Origin: Oculina patagonica
Lineage: Eukaryota
Length of the DNA stretch: 64,000 nt
Direction: 5' to 3'
Assembly: GCF_052425735.1 (NCBI RefSeq)
Contig: NC_135758.1
Location: 47,926,001 to 47,990,000 of the forward strand
Both the position numbers and the translations under genes were made by a program. This document shows positions 35,101 through 48,700 of this stretch, piece by piece. Numbering within the stretch: the stretch's first letter is position 1; each line of letters opens with the position of its first letter. The notes under the pieces are model-generated. The model was not told the DNA's origin. It did no database searches and saw nothing but the letters and a program-made list of their open reading frames with translations.

Positions 35101-36551
35101 GTAGGGTCCCCAGACCCTCCCCAAATAGCTGTGCATGTTTCTGCAAAATCTCTCCAAGTCGCTTGTCATGCGAAGTAAGTTGCTTAATCCTTGGCCAATT
35201 TAGCTTAATTTCTTCCAGCCAATTCCTCCCCAACAGAGCTGGGCCTTCTCCACTTACAACTAACAATGGCAAGGAGTATTCGCCCCCTTCATAATGTACA
35301 TCAACTGTACACACCCCTTCGGGCTTGACCTCTTCCCCAGTATATGTACGAAGGACAATTCCTGATTTCTCCAGTGGCGTGCCCCGTTTTGTGAGACAAG
35401 GTGTTTGTAGGTGCCTTCACTTATCACTGACAATGAAGCCCCTGTGTCAACTTCCATTTCTAGTGCTTGCCCACCAACACTCAGCTGTACTTTGTATGGC
35501 AAAGGTCGTTTACCGCCAAGGGTAAACAAAGAATATGCACCCACACCCTGTTCTCTCCCCATTGCCTCCTCTCCCCCCTCTAGGAGATGGGTATCCTGTG
35601 GGGTGTCTGACTTCTTATTAGTAGTAGCAGGTGGTACTTCCTTTCTTTTTGTTCTGGCACACTCGAGATAGGTGACCCAACTTTCCACAAGCATAACATT
35701 TCGCATCCTTAAAATGACAGCTTTTGGGGTAGTGATTACCGCCACAGCGATAACAATTAACTTCGCCACCCTTTTCCACTTTAAAATCGACTTTGTTGAG
35801 CGAAGTATCCCCTTCCTGAGGGTCCCCCTTTTGTATCTCCGAGGCATCCTTATCCGCGGCCTCAATGGCGAGAGCCAGATCGAGCGCTCGCTTCAGGGTT
35901 AATTTCGGTTCGGCTAGTAAACGACGCTGTATTCTGATGTCGTGAACACCACACACAAGCCGATCACGTAGCATTTCATCTAATGTTGCCCCAAATTCAC
36001 AGTGTTCGGTCAGGTGCCTCAACTCAGCTAAAAACATGGCAATTGTCTCACCTGGTTGTTGAGTGCGAGTGTTAAACTTGAATCGTTGTACAATAGCGGA
36101 AGGCTTTGGCATGACATGTTCCTGGGCGAGTTTCGCTAAATCCTCATAGGTTTTGGTCTTCGGGTCTTCCGGAGCGACCAGACTTCGTATAAGCTTGTAG
36201 GTTTTGGCTCCAACGCTAACCAGGAAAATGGATCTTTTTTTGTCCGGATCGGTTATCTCGTTTGCTTCAAAAAAGTGGTTAACACGCTCAGTGTAATGGC
36301 GCCAATCTTCCGTTTCGTTGTATTCGTCTAATTTCCCAAATGTAGGCATTTTCCGTGTAGACTTCGCTTCACTCTAGTCTACCTGGTCGTGGTATTCGAT
36401 CACGTTCCTCGTCGCCAAAAATGTGGTGTATTTAATACAGAAAACAGTGTGTAAACTCCGAGTTACAACACACACATGCAAGAACTCAACTAACTCGATC
36501 GTAAACGGCCTTCTTGTCACGTGACGACTCTACTAGTCCCAGGACTCCACA
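32154..36551 (-). mobile_element. Full-length but disrupted Ty3/Gypsy LTR retrotransposon
   Basis: LTRs at 36422-36551 (5') and 32154-32284 (3'), three differences seen. Flanks GGAAC / GGAAT. PBS TGGCGACGAGG (tRNA-Ser-like). G-rich PPT just before the 3' LTR. Confidence 0.96.
32402..36349 (-). pseudogene. Gypsy gag-pol fragments (Gag with two CCHC-type knuckles, PR VDTGA, RT, RNase H, integrase)
   Basis: Collinear ORF pieces 36349-35618, 35865-35260, 35314-35006, 34924-33824 and 33700-32402, separated by frameshifts and stops. Confidence 0.92.
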
Positions 36552-38244
36552 GGAATTGGCACGTCGCCTGCAATAGCGAACGGACAAGCGGCCGCCGAAA
36601 TAACAGATACCAATCGCGACAGCTTGAATTTGCATAACGTCTCAAGTTCACTGATAAAATTGTTTCCCGCATATCTGGGATTCCGAGACATACACCGACC
36701 GTAATGCTATGCTCCTTTTTTCTCAGTCAAGTCAAGACTGACGTCGAATTCAAATCTGAAGTTATTCTGAATCGGATAAAAATAATTTTGAACCAAATAA
36801 TATATGTAGTCTAACTGTGTGACAAAATCGTTGTGTGACAAAGTCGTTCGTGACAAAGTCGTTCGTTCTATTTTCGATGACTCGAAAAAATCTCGCGTGA
36901 AGGGAAAAATATATATTCCTCAGTCGCCCAAGACAAACCAAGATACTGCTGGTAAAAGCTGCCTCGTCCCCAGGCGCCGATTGGCCGGACGTTGAGGCGG
37001 TAAGGCGGGAAAACAGGGAGCGCGGGGATTGATGGTTAGGGAGCGAGCCGCGGAGCGCCTGGCAGATCTTGCATTCAATATAGCGGACCAAAATGTCATC
37101 AACCCTGAAATGTGTATTAAAAACAGCAAACGAGCCGTCTATTTAGCATTTTTACAGCACAGAGCGCCTTGGACACATCTTTTATGAAAAATATTCTTAT
37201 TAAGACGACGGACTTCACCACCATTTTCGCACGCTTCATGTCCCAGCTCAGCTTGAGAAGAGCCAGGAGGAGCATACGAGGCACTCTGTGAAGTTAAAAA
37301 AGCTTTAAATCCTTTACGGCAAAGAGACGTTGAAATTTCTAATGACATTTTCCGAACTCCAATAGAGACAGGTACTCATTTCCGTTTATCGAAGTTGTCT
37401 TGTAAATCCGAGTGTAAATGACAAGAAAATTAGTTATCCTTTCAATGTTATTTCTTTTGTTCTGGTAAACTTTTAAATACAAAGGCTTTATTTGCATTTT
37501 GTAAACGACAAATATCGCCATATTAAAATTAATTCATATGTTCTTGATTACAATGACTTTACTGCCGGGACGTGCAGTGATCTGAATTTTCATTTCATTT
37601 TATTTTGTCCACTCATCACGAAATTTTGCCCACTCCTCACGACCACCTAATGTTGCATCAAGGACAGGCGACGTTTGAGCTCACTTGAACCTTAAAAACA
37701 TTCTGGGCTGAGTAAACAGTTGTGATAAGGAACATGCCCATGCAGATCTCGTTTCCTCAAAAAAAAAAAAACAACAACAAGCAAAAAAGAAAATCAACAA
37801 ACGGTTTTCTCTCGTCATGTTTGCTTGTTTTTACTTTTAACTTCAAACATCCCACCTTTTCTCGGTCTGCACCCAATACGTTACTGAATTCTTTATGATT
37901 TTCCGCTCTAGATAAGCTGCGTCGGTAGCTGTATATTGCGTATGAGCGTGAGTATAGATAGGTCCTTCTGCGACTTCATCCTTATAGGCACCAAGAAAGG
38001 ATAAGAAATTTATGAGCACAATTTTGTTTCTAAATCTAACCTTTATTTTATTATTTTTTACACCAAGAATAACAATGACTACTTCCATTAGTTCCTATTA
38101 ACTATTTCTTTGTGGTACATATGCAACAGAATTAAATTTTTACAAGAAATGTTTGGAAAAAAAGTCATCTTGTAGAAGGTAATTCATAAAATGTTTCCTC
38201 AGCGAGGTTGTTATTTAAAACATATGAAGATTTACGAGGAAACT

Positions 38245-39399
38245 TTAAATTAGTTTACTGGGATATTTAAAAACTCTTCGACTCAAATTACTCATTTGTA
38301 TGTAAGTACCGTTCATTAAACCAGGAGAAACTTGTGCGATTCGCACGCGACCTCTCCGCCTGCGACAACATTGACGAAGACTTCTCCTGAAATTTGCATC
38401 ACCAAACGCGTAAATAAATGGGTTGAATATTGAGCTCGTTTGAGAGATGCATTCAAAAAGGGGCCTTAAGGGATACTTTCTGAATGTGATCTTGCCCCTT
38501 TTAGTGGGGTAGGAAGCACACACATCGAGAATCATAATGGGACCCCAGCTTATAAGAAAACTAACAACTACCAGGACAAGCGTTTGGACAGCTTTCAGCT
38601 TCGCCTTTGCTATGCTACTGTTCATGGCGTTGTTTGTCTTTGTTCTTTTCCACAGAAAGACTGTAATCTTGGTGTAGGCGAATGCAATCAACAGCAGCGG
38701 TGCCACAAATGCGAACACGAAATACACTGTAAAGGCAACCTTTCGCTCCACTGAACCCGAAGTTCCAGGAATGCAGTGAGTACGAAACGGTTTAAAACCT
38801 GTGAGATTAGTCCTCGTCACGTTTGATAAAGAATGTGAGGGCGGACGCCTTTGAGGAGGGGGTTTGAAATGAACAGGGGATATTGTAGCACTGGCAAAAA
38901 AGGCGGAGCAAATCATCATTGCATACAGCCAGATGGAAATTATAATGAAATATTTCCTGGTCTTCATTGTCAAACTTCGGAGTGGAAATAAAATGTGGAT
39001 GTAGCGATCAAAGGCAATTCCTGTCAGAAGCACAAACGTCACTGCGGCACATGTAAACTGTGAAAATATGGCCAGTTGGCAGTGAAGTGGGCTTAAATCC
39101 AAGTTCTGACGGTCAGTTGCCCGTCGCAGGGAAGTCAAAGTTCTGAACACCAGATCCGTGATGGCTAAATGGAGGATGAAGAAGTTGGATAATTTGGTAG
39201 ACGACCGCCCAATCCGACAGCGCGACAAAACACAGCAAACCAGAATGTTCTCCACTATTCCCAAAGCCACAAAGACCCAGTTAATAATAAACAGGGTCTT
39301 GTAGTATGTTTTTAAATCGCTCCTGAAAGCTTTTATCTGCGTCGAGTAATCATTGAACGTAGAAATGTTACGTTGATCTTTTAAAAGCAACTCGTACAT
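38245..39399 (-). CDS. Intronless class A (rhodopsin-like) GPCR, peptide-receptor-like, 384 aa
   Basis: Seven hydrophobic segments with GxxxN (TM1), HLAITD (TM2), C...IAFDRY (TM3), W (TM4), FVAP...Y (TM5), FLISWGP (TM6) and NPFIY...F (TM7/helix 8). Confidence 0.93.
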   Translation of the reverse strand: MYELLLKDQRNISTFNDYSTQIKAFRSDLKTYYKTLFIINWVFVALGIVENILVCCVLSRCRIGRSSTKLSNFFILHLAITDLVFRTLTSLRRATDRQNLDLSPLHCQLAIFSQFTCAAVTFVLLTGIAFDRYIHILFPLRSLTMKTRKYFIIISIWLYAMMICSAFFASATISPVHFKPPPQRRPPSHSLSNVTRTNLTGFKPFRTHCIPGTSGSVERKVAFTVYFVFAFVAPLLLIAFAYTKITVFLWKRTKTNNAMNSSIAKAKLKAVQTLVLVVVSFLISWGPIMILDVCASYPTKRGKITFRKYPLRPLFECISQTSSIFNPFIYAFGDANFRRSLRQCCRRRRGRVRIAQVSPGLMNGTYIQMSNLSRRVFKYPSKLI

Positions 39400-41971
39400 G
39401 CTGCACCGGACTGCCTCGTAACGGTTACTTAATGCCTCACTGCTTCGCTGTTTTCCTGTGATGGCAAACTGCGTGGTTTAAGCTCGTTGACTTTCGTTTT
39501 ATTATTGCGACGTTTACTTCGCTTCATTAAATGCATGGTACGCCTTACCTTAAAAACATACTGTACTGTATACTGAGGGTTATTTGCATAAGAATACTGC
39601 AAAACGCTTTTGGTTGATCGGGTAACAGATATATGTTCCTTTATTTTCTAAAAAAAATGTTTATTAATAAACTTATCTTAGATGGTCCTTAGGTGTTGGT
39701 TTTGCTTAAATTATTTCCCAGGATCGACATGCTATGCATATATACAAAAGTAGTTTAGTTCGGAGAACTGGAGAACTGGAGTCTTCGCACGTTTTGTCAA
39801 AACACAGCAGTAAAGATTTACCTTTCAGCTAGAATTAATTTGAACAGTGTTGGGCAAGTTGATATAGACTTAGGACTCACTCAATAAACACAAAGTAACT
39901 TGTCTTTTGTGAAGTTACCTTCGCAGTTGCAGCTGTTTATTTGTTAACTTTTCATCGATAAACAGAAGAACTCAATTTGAATGATATCACTTTACCGTCA
40001 CTCAAAAAAAGAGGCATTTCCTTAGACGGGTGTAAGAATATCACCTTACAATAAAAGTAACCGTTATATAGGGCATGGATCTATTAAAATAAAGCTGGTG
40101 CGCAAATAAGTCCAAAATGAGATTTGTACGTGTTGCAGAGATCGAGAAAATTAAAAAGTCAAATTGCAAAAAAGGGTTCTGAGCATGTTGTATTTAAAAC
40201 AATTCCTCTTGACAAAACTGAAACACTCTATCAGTAAAGGTTCAAAAAAGTTATCATTATCTTCAAGTTACAAAATTAAACGATATAAGATAAAATTGAA
40301 AATAAATTTAAAAGTTTCCTGCAAATTTAATTCTGGTTGTGTTATAATGGATTTATTGGATCACCAGCCCATTACGGTCTGGAACTACGGGAGTACAATT
40401 TACGACACAATTTCTAAAATAAATATATGGAAGAAACTGAATTTGTTAATAGCAAAACACAAATCTTAAGCAAATCAGGAGTAAAAACCTAAACCCTCTT
40501 GCAACATATGCCACATATGAAACCGTAATCACAACACCGGCCCTTGGGCGACGCAAGTAAAAATGTGGTTGAATTGATTGGGTGGGTAAAGGTAGTGACC
40601 ATAATTCTCACGAAGTAAATAAAATAAAAGATCATAAATATATTATCTTTATTTTGACAGGGTACTATTTAAAGCAAGAAGCTTTTGGGGCCATGTATTC
40701 CTGATCGAATTGGAATATTCCTGATCAAAGTGGTAGTAGTAACGCAGTGGGCGTAAGGAGGTGTTCCACTGTACTGATGACACGACACTACACAAACACA
40801 GGTGGATGATCTTGGTAATAGCTATGTGAGCGGGCAAGATACGCCTCAAAATGAAGTTTACTTTGGCCTTTATTTGTGGAGCAGAGAAAGAGTAAAGCGG
40901 GATGAGTGGATTTTCTTTTTTCTAGCCGGTAATTAGCCTACCGATATACGTTTTAAAGGGCACGCAAAATGCTCCAGGTATTTGGGGCGTGCAGAATAGA
41001 TTGACGGCCCGACTAATCCATCACAATATATGTCATCAATGCTCTCACGGAACATTTGCAACGATGAGATGGGTTTTTAAAACCGTGCAAACGAATTGCA
41101 AAGAACTTGCAATTATATTTCACCAAGTTGATTACACAAATATCTTTTTTTTTGTAGTTTGAAATATGTTTGCAATAGGCTTATGAGAGAAGGGGCCAAA
41201 TAAACGTGCGAACAAGCAAGGACGACTAAAAACAAGGCATGACTCACTTTGCCCCAACTCTCTCGCACATCGCCCCGAGTTTCAATTTACCCACGTAATG
41301 AACTCCTACCCGGGGAATATCAAGAGAATACCTTTTTTTCTCCAGGTGAATTTTGCACGAGAAAAGATTAACTGTCGGTGTTTGTACTTTGCTCCTAATG
41401 TTACGACGACGATTGTTTCACACATGTAGGGATAGACAAAAGTTGATCAAACAGATACGCGCGGGTTTTGGTTGGTCCAGCAGCTTCACAACTACGAACA
41501 CGCAAGACTCGCAATGCAACTAAACTAACTGACTCACTTCAGTCCGACAAAAAATGTACAACTGGAATTTAAACACAATATATTTGTTTATTTCACCTGT
41601 TTTGAGTCAGTCGATAATTATAATGTGTTAAATAAACTACAACTTAATATTATTTCGGATAATTTCGTTTCAAAATAATGATAACAACGATTAATGCGAT
41701 TGGACGTTTCAATGTATTATGTAACATGATTATAACGAAACTAGTGTCAATATAATACGATGTTTAAAATGGATGTGATTACATGTAGCACAAAAAGCGG
41801 GAATCCTGCGTGCAAAAAGCTAACTTTAAAAACACTTTGGCGCAAATTGAATCACATTACACGCTCTTTTGTGAATAACATTTCGTCGACAAGACAGTAA
41901 AATTTGACGGCACATTCGAATTACCGAAAATGCAAAAATACAACAATACAATAAACAGCCAAGTCGTCGAA

Positions 41972-42795
41972 ATGGCTTTAACACTTGGATTACATATAAG
42001 TCGCCTAAATTGCAATCTATTTTTTCCAAAAAAGAAAAAGATTACACTTATTTCGATTCGATAGTTATAAACGTATGTTTCCATGGATAAATAAAATATG
42101 TGTACTGAAAGGGCGTAATAATACGGTATTGAGAAATAGAAATTCGATTCTGCAGAATAGTGGTAACGATTCCTATGATAGTCTATATATAAAAATATAT
42201 TGTTCATCATATAATTATATAAATATATAAAGTGTCTTGCATTCACAAAATCGAACAAGTTTTACAGAGAAAGCCTTCATATGTAACGAGAGTTTCTGCA
42301 TTTGCCTTGTCAATTTCTTATGCAAGTGGAAAAATATTCTAAATGTTAGGGTGGATTAAGCGTGGTTCATATTAGCGACATAATGGCTTTAACACTTGGA
42401 TTACATATAAGTCGCCTAAATTGCAATCTATTTTTTCCAAAAAAAAAAAGATTACACTTATTTCGATTCGATAGTTATAAACTTATGTGTCCATGGATAA
42501 AAAAAAAAATATGTGTACTGAAAGGGCGTAATAATACGGTATTGAGAAATAGAAATTCGATTCTGCAGAATAGTGGTAACGATTCCTATGATAGTCGATA
42601 TATAAAAATATATTGTTCATCATATAATTATATAAATATATAAAGTGTCTTGCATTCACAAAATCGAACAAGTTTTACAGAGAAAGCCTTCATATGTAAC
42701 GAGAGTTTCTGCATTTGCCTTGTCAATTTCTTATGCAAGTGGAAAAATATTCTAAATGTTAGGGTGGATTAAGCGTGGTTCATATTAGCGACATA
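41972..42795. repeat. ~411-bp tandem duplication
   Basis: atggctttaacacttgg...ttagcgacataa at 41972-42382 and 42383-42795, near identical. Most of the unit recurs at ~49357-49710. Confidence 0.92.
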
Positions 42796-42987
42796 ACATC
42801 GACAAAAAGGCAAGGTCACGCAGCGAAAATTTTGATGATTTTTTGTCACACCAGTGTGAAGATCATTAACGACACAGCAGGAACAATGACATAAGCATAA
42901 CTGAACGACAGAAGGAAACAAACATAGCTGATCTTTTCTTTATATTCTTATGTGCATGTTGTTATGTCGCTAGTGTGAACCAGGCTT
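42771..42987. mobile_element. MITE (copy also at ~49684-49897)
   Basis: aagcgtggttcatattagcgacataac ... gttatgtcgctagtgtgaaccaggctt inverted ends. Confidence 0.65.
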
Positions 42988-43141
42988 CACCTAATGAAGT
43001 GAGGCAGAGTTCAAGAAATTCGTGGTCTAGACTGGGTTCAAACGCAGTTCACAGGAACATTTGGCTGAACCACGTTTTTTACCGGGTCACATAGAAACAT
43101 CAATTCAGTCGGCCATTAAACAGTTTTTGACTGGATTGAGT

Positions 43142-45771
43142 TTAAGTTGAACATGTTCGACGAACAACCTTTTTCCTTTTTCTGTCGTCAATGACGTCAC
43201 TTCTCCCTGGCTGACTATCGTGACAAACGTCACCCACATACGTCACATCCACGTGTTTCCCTTTTTCCTTCCGGATGACAAATCGTACTTTCACATTGCA
43301 TTCTGGTCGCTTGCATTCCGCGCCTCCTCTGAAGAACACTGCTGAGTGGATTTTCCGAGAGTTTTCTGATCTCACGTGATTATTCTTGAAGCGCAGACTG
43401 CACCATGGGTTGCTTTCTTTAACTTTGCTGAGGAAGATTCGAGTCCAGTCCCCACTCAACAATCGGCCACCGCTCGGGAATGTGTTGATTGGAATTCTCG
43501 CCCAGTCCTCTTTGGACAATTTAAATCTTGCTGTAGTTCCATCGATGTTCTTTCGAAAATACTTTTTCTGTTTTCTGGTTTCGTCTTCATCGTCAGATGA
43601 ATCTGAATCATCCGAGTAATCCTAGAAACAATAACAAATTACATCTTAATAAAAAAATAATAATAATAATAACAAAAAAGACCCAACTGAAACAAAACGA
43701 TGGATACGAGAAGCCATGCACATAAACTAACTTTTCTATCAAAGTGAAGAACAGGACGGTGCAAAGGTATAAGGGTGTGCACAGAGATTAGTGAAATCAT
43801 ATCAAACAACTGAATAAATCAAGCCTTGGATGAAGAAAAAGATAATAGAAGAAAAAGATAATTTTTCTTTAGTATTACTTAATTTAGTTTTCAAATCTCG
43901 ATATATCACCTTCAAACACAATCGCGATTTCTTCGAAAACAAGGAAACAACAAATTAGTTAACAAACAAAAGTGATCTAACGAAAAAATGGAAATCAATA
44001 AGAGCACTTACCATTCTATTAGCAAAGTCCTGTCGTGCAAAATCCACATTTTGCGAGGACAGTGTGTACGAACTTGGATCAACCTGTTTTCGTGACGAAC
44101 AGAAAGTTTGGTTTAGGACAAATGTGAATTGAAGCTTCGTGTACATAGCCACAAACAACACCCAATACAACTGAACTGTATGAACGAATCTGTGTTCAGA
44201 ATGATTCTTTCTACAACTACATAGCTAATTTCAATATAATGTTACATTTTTAACTTAAATATAAAAGATGTTCTGGGGAATTACAAGTGTATACCTAAGA
44301 ATTGAAGCTTATGAAGACAAGAATAAAGTTGCGTGGCTTCGTTATTAGACTGGTCATTGTGAATAGTGATACCACAATATAACTACATTATAACACAATT
44401 CTGCTGTTCATATATTTGACACAATAAATCAACTCGGGAAAAAAGTTATTCTGTTTGGAGTTTTTGTTTCCGTATTTCTTTGCTTACTGTTAATTGGACT
44501 ATGAATGCTCCTGGAAACCTGCAGTTGTCTGATTCAACATTTAAAGGAACTTAAATCACTTAAATCACTTCAAAGTACTTTACCTTGAATGGCACATGGG
44601 ATGTGCTAGGAGAAGTATTGAAACGATTCACGGGCACCATGATAACAGAAGGACGTGGGGCTTCCACACCAAATGCAGGATAATGTGAAGATTCCTTCTG
44701 CGCATGACAACAACAGTTACAATTGTGGGCACTCCTCTGCTGGTTTGGGACCATGCCATGGGTTTCAGTCTGGGAGAATTGCTTTATATGTTGTGGATTG
44801 TAAGAATTGTAGCCACCATAGTAGGCAGGCATTTCTGTGTGGTGGTTCATCTGATAACTGGTATTTGTTTCAAAGTTTCCTGGTTGTGAAGCTGGTATTT
44901 CCCCCTGACTAGACATGTGGTAAAGTGGCGTACTCGTATAAACCGATGGAAGTGACATGTTGGTCTGGTTGGTGCTGATCTGGTAAGATGTCACAATCTC
45001 AGGAGAACCATTCTGATAAGATGACAATGTCCCATGCGTATCAACCTGGTAAGCTGACATAGTTCCATTAGTATTCATCTGGTACGCTGACGATGGGTAT
45101 TGGTTATTCATTTGCGAAATATCTGGCTGATGACTTAGATGGTAAGATGGCATTATCTCAGGCTCGTGGGAATTTAACTGGAACGGCAATTCCTTCTGTT
45201 GTTCAGCTGTCTTGTTTAACCCCTCTCCATTGTGAACACTTGATTGATTTACTGGTGATTGCACCTCAGGTTCCACTGGATACCTTTGCTCTGGCATGTT
45301 CTTGGACTGCTGTCCCCCTGGGAAACTTTCTGCTAATGGAATTTTTGTTTGGGGGTCAGCCTCAAATCTTGACTGCACTTCTTGGCCCAGTTTTTCCACG
45401 TGATTTGCTATCTGATTAACAGTCAACACTTTACCTTTGGCAGCATGGTTTTCTAACTGAACATGATTAACAGTGATAAGTTCATCTGTGGCAGCGTTAT
45501 GATCAGATGTTGCTCCTTGGACGTTACTTATTTGGATGCTGAGTACATCTTCATCGGGGTTGAGCGCTACTTCATAAATTGATTCTTGTGGCAATGAAAT
45601 TGTGTGGTGGTCGACTGTGGTGCAAGATGTGTCTGATTTTTCTGCCTTGAGGACAGGCATCCCGCCTATGGAGATAATTCCATTGCTTTGCCCATTGCAA
45701 CTTGACACTGTCGTTTCAATCTTGATTGGGCAGCCATTTGTGATGTCGTTTAAGGAGTACATCCCGGCCAT
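43142..45771 (-). CDS. Uncharacterised ~579-aa protein: low-complexity Q/S/N/Y-rich region, acidic linker, C-terminal putative WRKY/GCM1-like Zn DNA-binding domain; copy 1
   Basis: Exons 45771-44584, 44083-44012 and 43621-43142, all gt/ag phase 0, with an in-frame stop upstream of the ATG. The C-terminal domain reads WTRIF...NPWCSLRFKNNHV...SRK...FFRGGAECKRPECNVKVRFVI...VDVTYVGDVCH, followed by NLS-like RKRKK. Confidence 0.8.
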
Positions 45772-48700
45772 TATCTTTGCTTTATCCTTATCGATTGGTC
45801 ACATAGAGCAAACTTCGCGATGTCAATGCTTAACTTAGGAGAACAAGTAACAAAACAGCAAAAGGGAGTTAAGTCAAACTAGCATATTTAACTACATCAT
45901 AACACAACAAGACAACAAAAAATGGGAACTAAATTTCTTCATATCATGCTGATGCAACACAAAAACAATTTACTTGCTCTTTGTAACTCTTGCTTTTGCT
46001 ACAGCTCACAGATCCTCACACATTTGTGCCTACCACATAATCGTAAGTATTATAATTTAACCAATGTCCATGTGGCTGAATTAAACTCAACATGTCCAAC
46101 ACGGTCTAATACGAACTGATTATAAAGCCAACCACACAGCGCTTGTGATATCAAGGAAAGACCTCAGTGACGAATGGATAAATCGAGGCACCAGATGAAC
46201 CTCACCGTTGATTCCTACTGCGAATTAACCCTAGTCAAGTAACAAAACAAAACCACACGAGACAATATCTTTGTCTTCGGTGGCACTCCGAGTACCAACG
46301 TTATATTTGCTTCACAGAACCCCTTTCACAAGCATGTCATGTGAACTTTATTTCGGCCATCTTCCTAAATCGGATCCTAAACGTTACGACATAAGGCAAC
46401 CTTGAACTCTGAAAAGAGCATATAATCGGATATTTGTATTTTGTAGGACCAGTAATTCCCAATACCTGTTTTTAAAAATAACATATTCTCGGGGTAATAT
46501 GAACATGCCTGGCAGCGAGTGGGACTTGAGAGAGGTAAGTTTGTTATTAATAGAAACAAAATGGATATTAAAATAAAAGCCAAGACGCGGTTTTAAGACA
46601 CAGGGACACTGACTGATCATGCAAACTTTATTAAACTGATCTGTACGTGTTTACTCGTAGCGTCAATTGTTTGCTTAGAAGCCAGTTTAGCATAATTATG
46701 ATCTTAATCTCCACCTACGCGTTCTCGGACATGAACAGTCAGCATTTTGAATAAATTAATCAACACTTTAACACTTTTACTCATGTAGAAGCGAAATTCT
46801 CAGACACTTCAATAAAGTTATTCTTTCATTTCGTTAGTTCAATTTTGCAAACCTATTTTTGAGTCACAGTCGGTTTGACATGTTTAACAAATTTAGCGCT
46901 GGAGAATGTTGGTATGTACATGTTGAGTGTCACGACTTGAAACGCAATGACCTTTTTATTAAATAAAAGAATAACACATGTTTCTGCAAGTATCTTTACC
47001 TTTTGGTAAAACGAAAACAAATTGTAACATGTTTTTATCACATCTCTTTTGTTCCTTCCGCTCACAACCTACGAATTGGGGGCTGAATAAGTTGTCGACA
47101 GGAATAACATACAAACGCAGTCGTTATGGACACTTGAATTACTGGCATGTTCAAGAAAAAATACAGATAATGCACGAACGACAAAATCAACGCTCTTTTG
47201 AATAAAAAAACCTTCTATAATAGAGAAATAGTAGGACCATAATGTTGTAAAGTGAATTTGGACGTTCGAGAGAAGTTTTACAAAAGCCCGAATTGGCCAC
47301 ATGCTGAGGAACATGTATATGAGAAGAGTCAAATTTGAATCACGCAACACAACTTTAATTGCATCTAGTAAACGAAATCTACATTTCGCGGTTTACACAG
47401 TTGAACACAGCAAAGAGGGCAAATCTTTTACAAAGAAATCGTCACAGCGAGCGTTTTTGAGTGCATTTCAAGTAAGATATTAGTTAAACAACAGGGTCGT
47501 GGCCTCGGGGCCGTTTCTGCCTGCCCTCATATGTTGCCACGTGAGCTTCGAAAGTTACAAAAAATGTCGCCTCGTGTGTCACAAGTCCTGCCAGAACCTA
47601 AGTGCCCGGTAGAAACCATTCTAATATGCAAAAGGAAGAAAAGTTACGTTTTCAACAAAAATTCTCATAAAGCGGTAGTTTGCGCTCTTTGCATATTTAT
47701 TCGATACTGAGCGATCTTTCAATGAGTTTGAAAAGTCTATTGTTCTATTAGCCTTTTGACTTGCTAACCACAGCAAAATTAGTTGCCAATATTCCATACT
47801 CTTCGCACTCTTAGAGACCTCTAATCTACGCGGAATACTTGCTTTTTTGCAACTATTTGTTGACAAGCGAAGCACGATCGAGAGAGGTTGCTTCATCTTT
47901 GCCATTGCCTATCTTACTATGCGGCGTGACAAATTAGTATTCATGACAGTCGCGTCCTGTGTAATAATTACGTTTTGCATCACAAAACATGCGTTAACAC
48001 AGTGTTTTGAAATATCCTATCACCTTAACCAAGAAAGACACAATAAAGGCAAATTATTGTTGTTGGCTTCACAAACAAAACATTTCTCACGTCTTTTGGT
48101 TCAAAGGAATACGATTCCGCGCTTCATTCCGCTACTAGTGCCACAAACCATTCGAAGGGTCCGATAGTGTTTAAACCATCTTAATTGTCAATACACACAC
48201 ATGCATACATCATCTGAATCTGAGGAATTTTGCCTTCCCGTAAAACGTACCAGATTTGAGTTAAATCAGCAACATTGTTTAATAATTTAAGGGAACTGGG
48301 ACACTCCGACACAAGTTATAAACTCAGTTTGGGTTGTGATGTTGTTTACGCAGCATGTTCACTGTCAATTACTCAATAACACATGATGGTCACATTTGGT
48401 AATTTAAAATATTTGCAAGCATCATCCCCATTTGCTGGCAAAAAACTATTTCCCAAAGAAGTAGGTTGTTAGGTACTTTAAAATACTTAGGAAGTTTGTT
48501 TGTTGAAAGGGCAAAGCTCACAAACTCACCTTTCGTCTCGGAACGCGCTTGGTCGTGCGAGCAGAAATGTTGATGCGCTCCGCTGAGCACATGCGCGATG
48601 GGAGAGCTGGTGTAAATCAATATCTCGCGTTTGACTGGGACTCAAAGGTCAATGAACATGTTGATTGACACACATCTCAGAAAACCCCGTGAGTTATCGA

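Noticed and set aside
36762-37521. Possible gene or TE ORFs beside the second Gypsy
   Set aside because: Short, no recognisable motifs and no supportable splice model.
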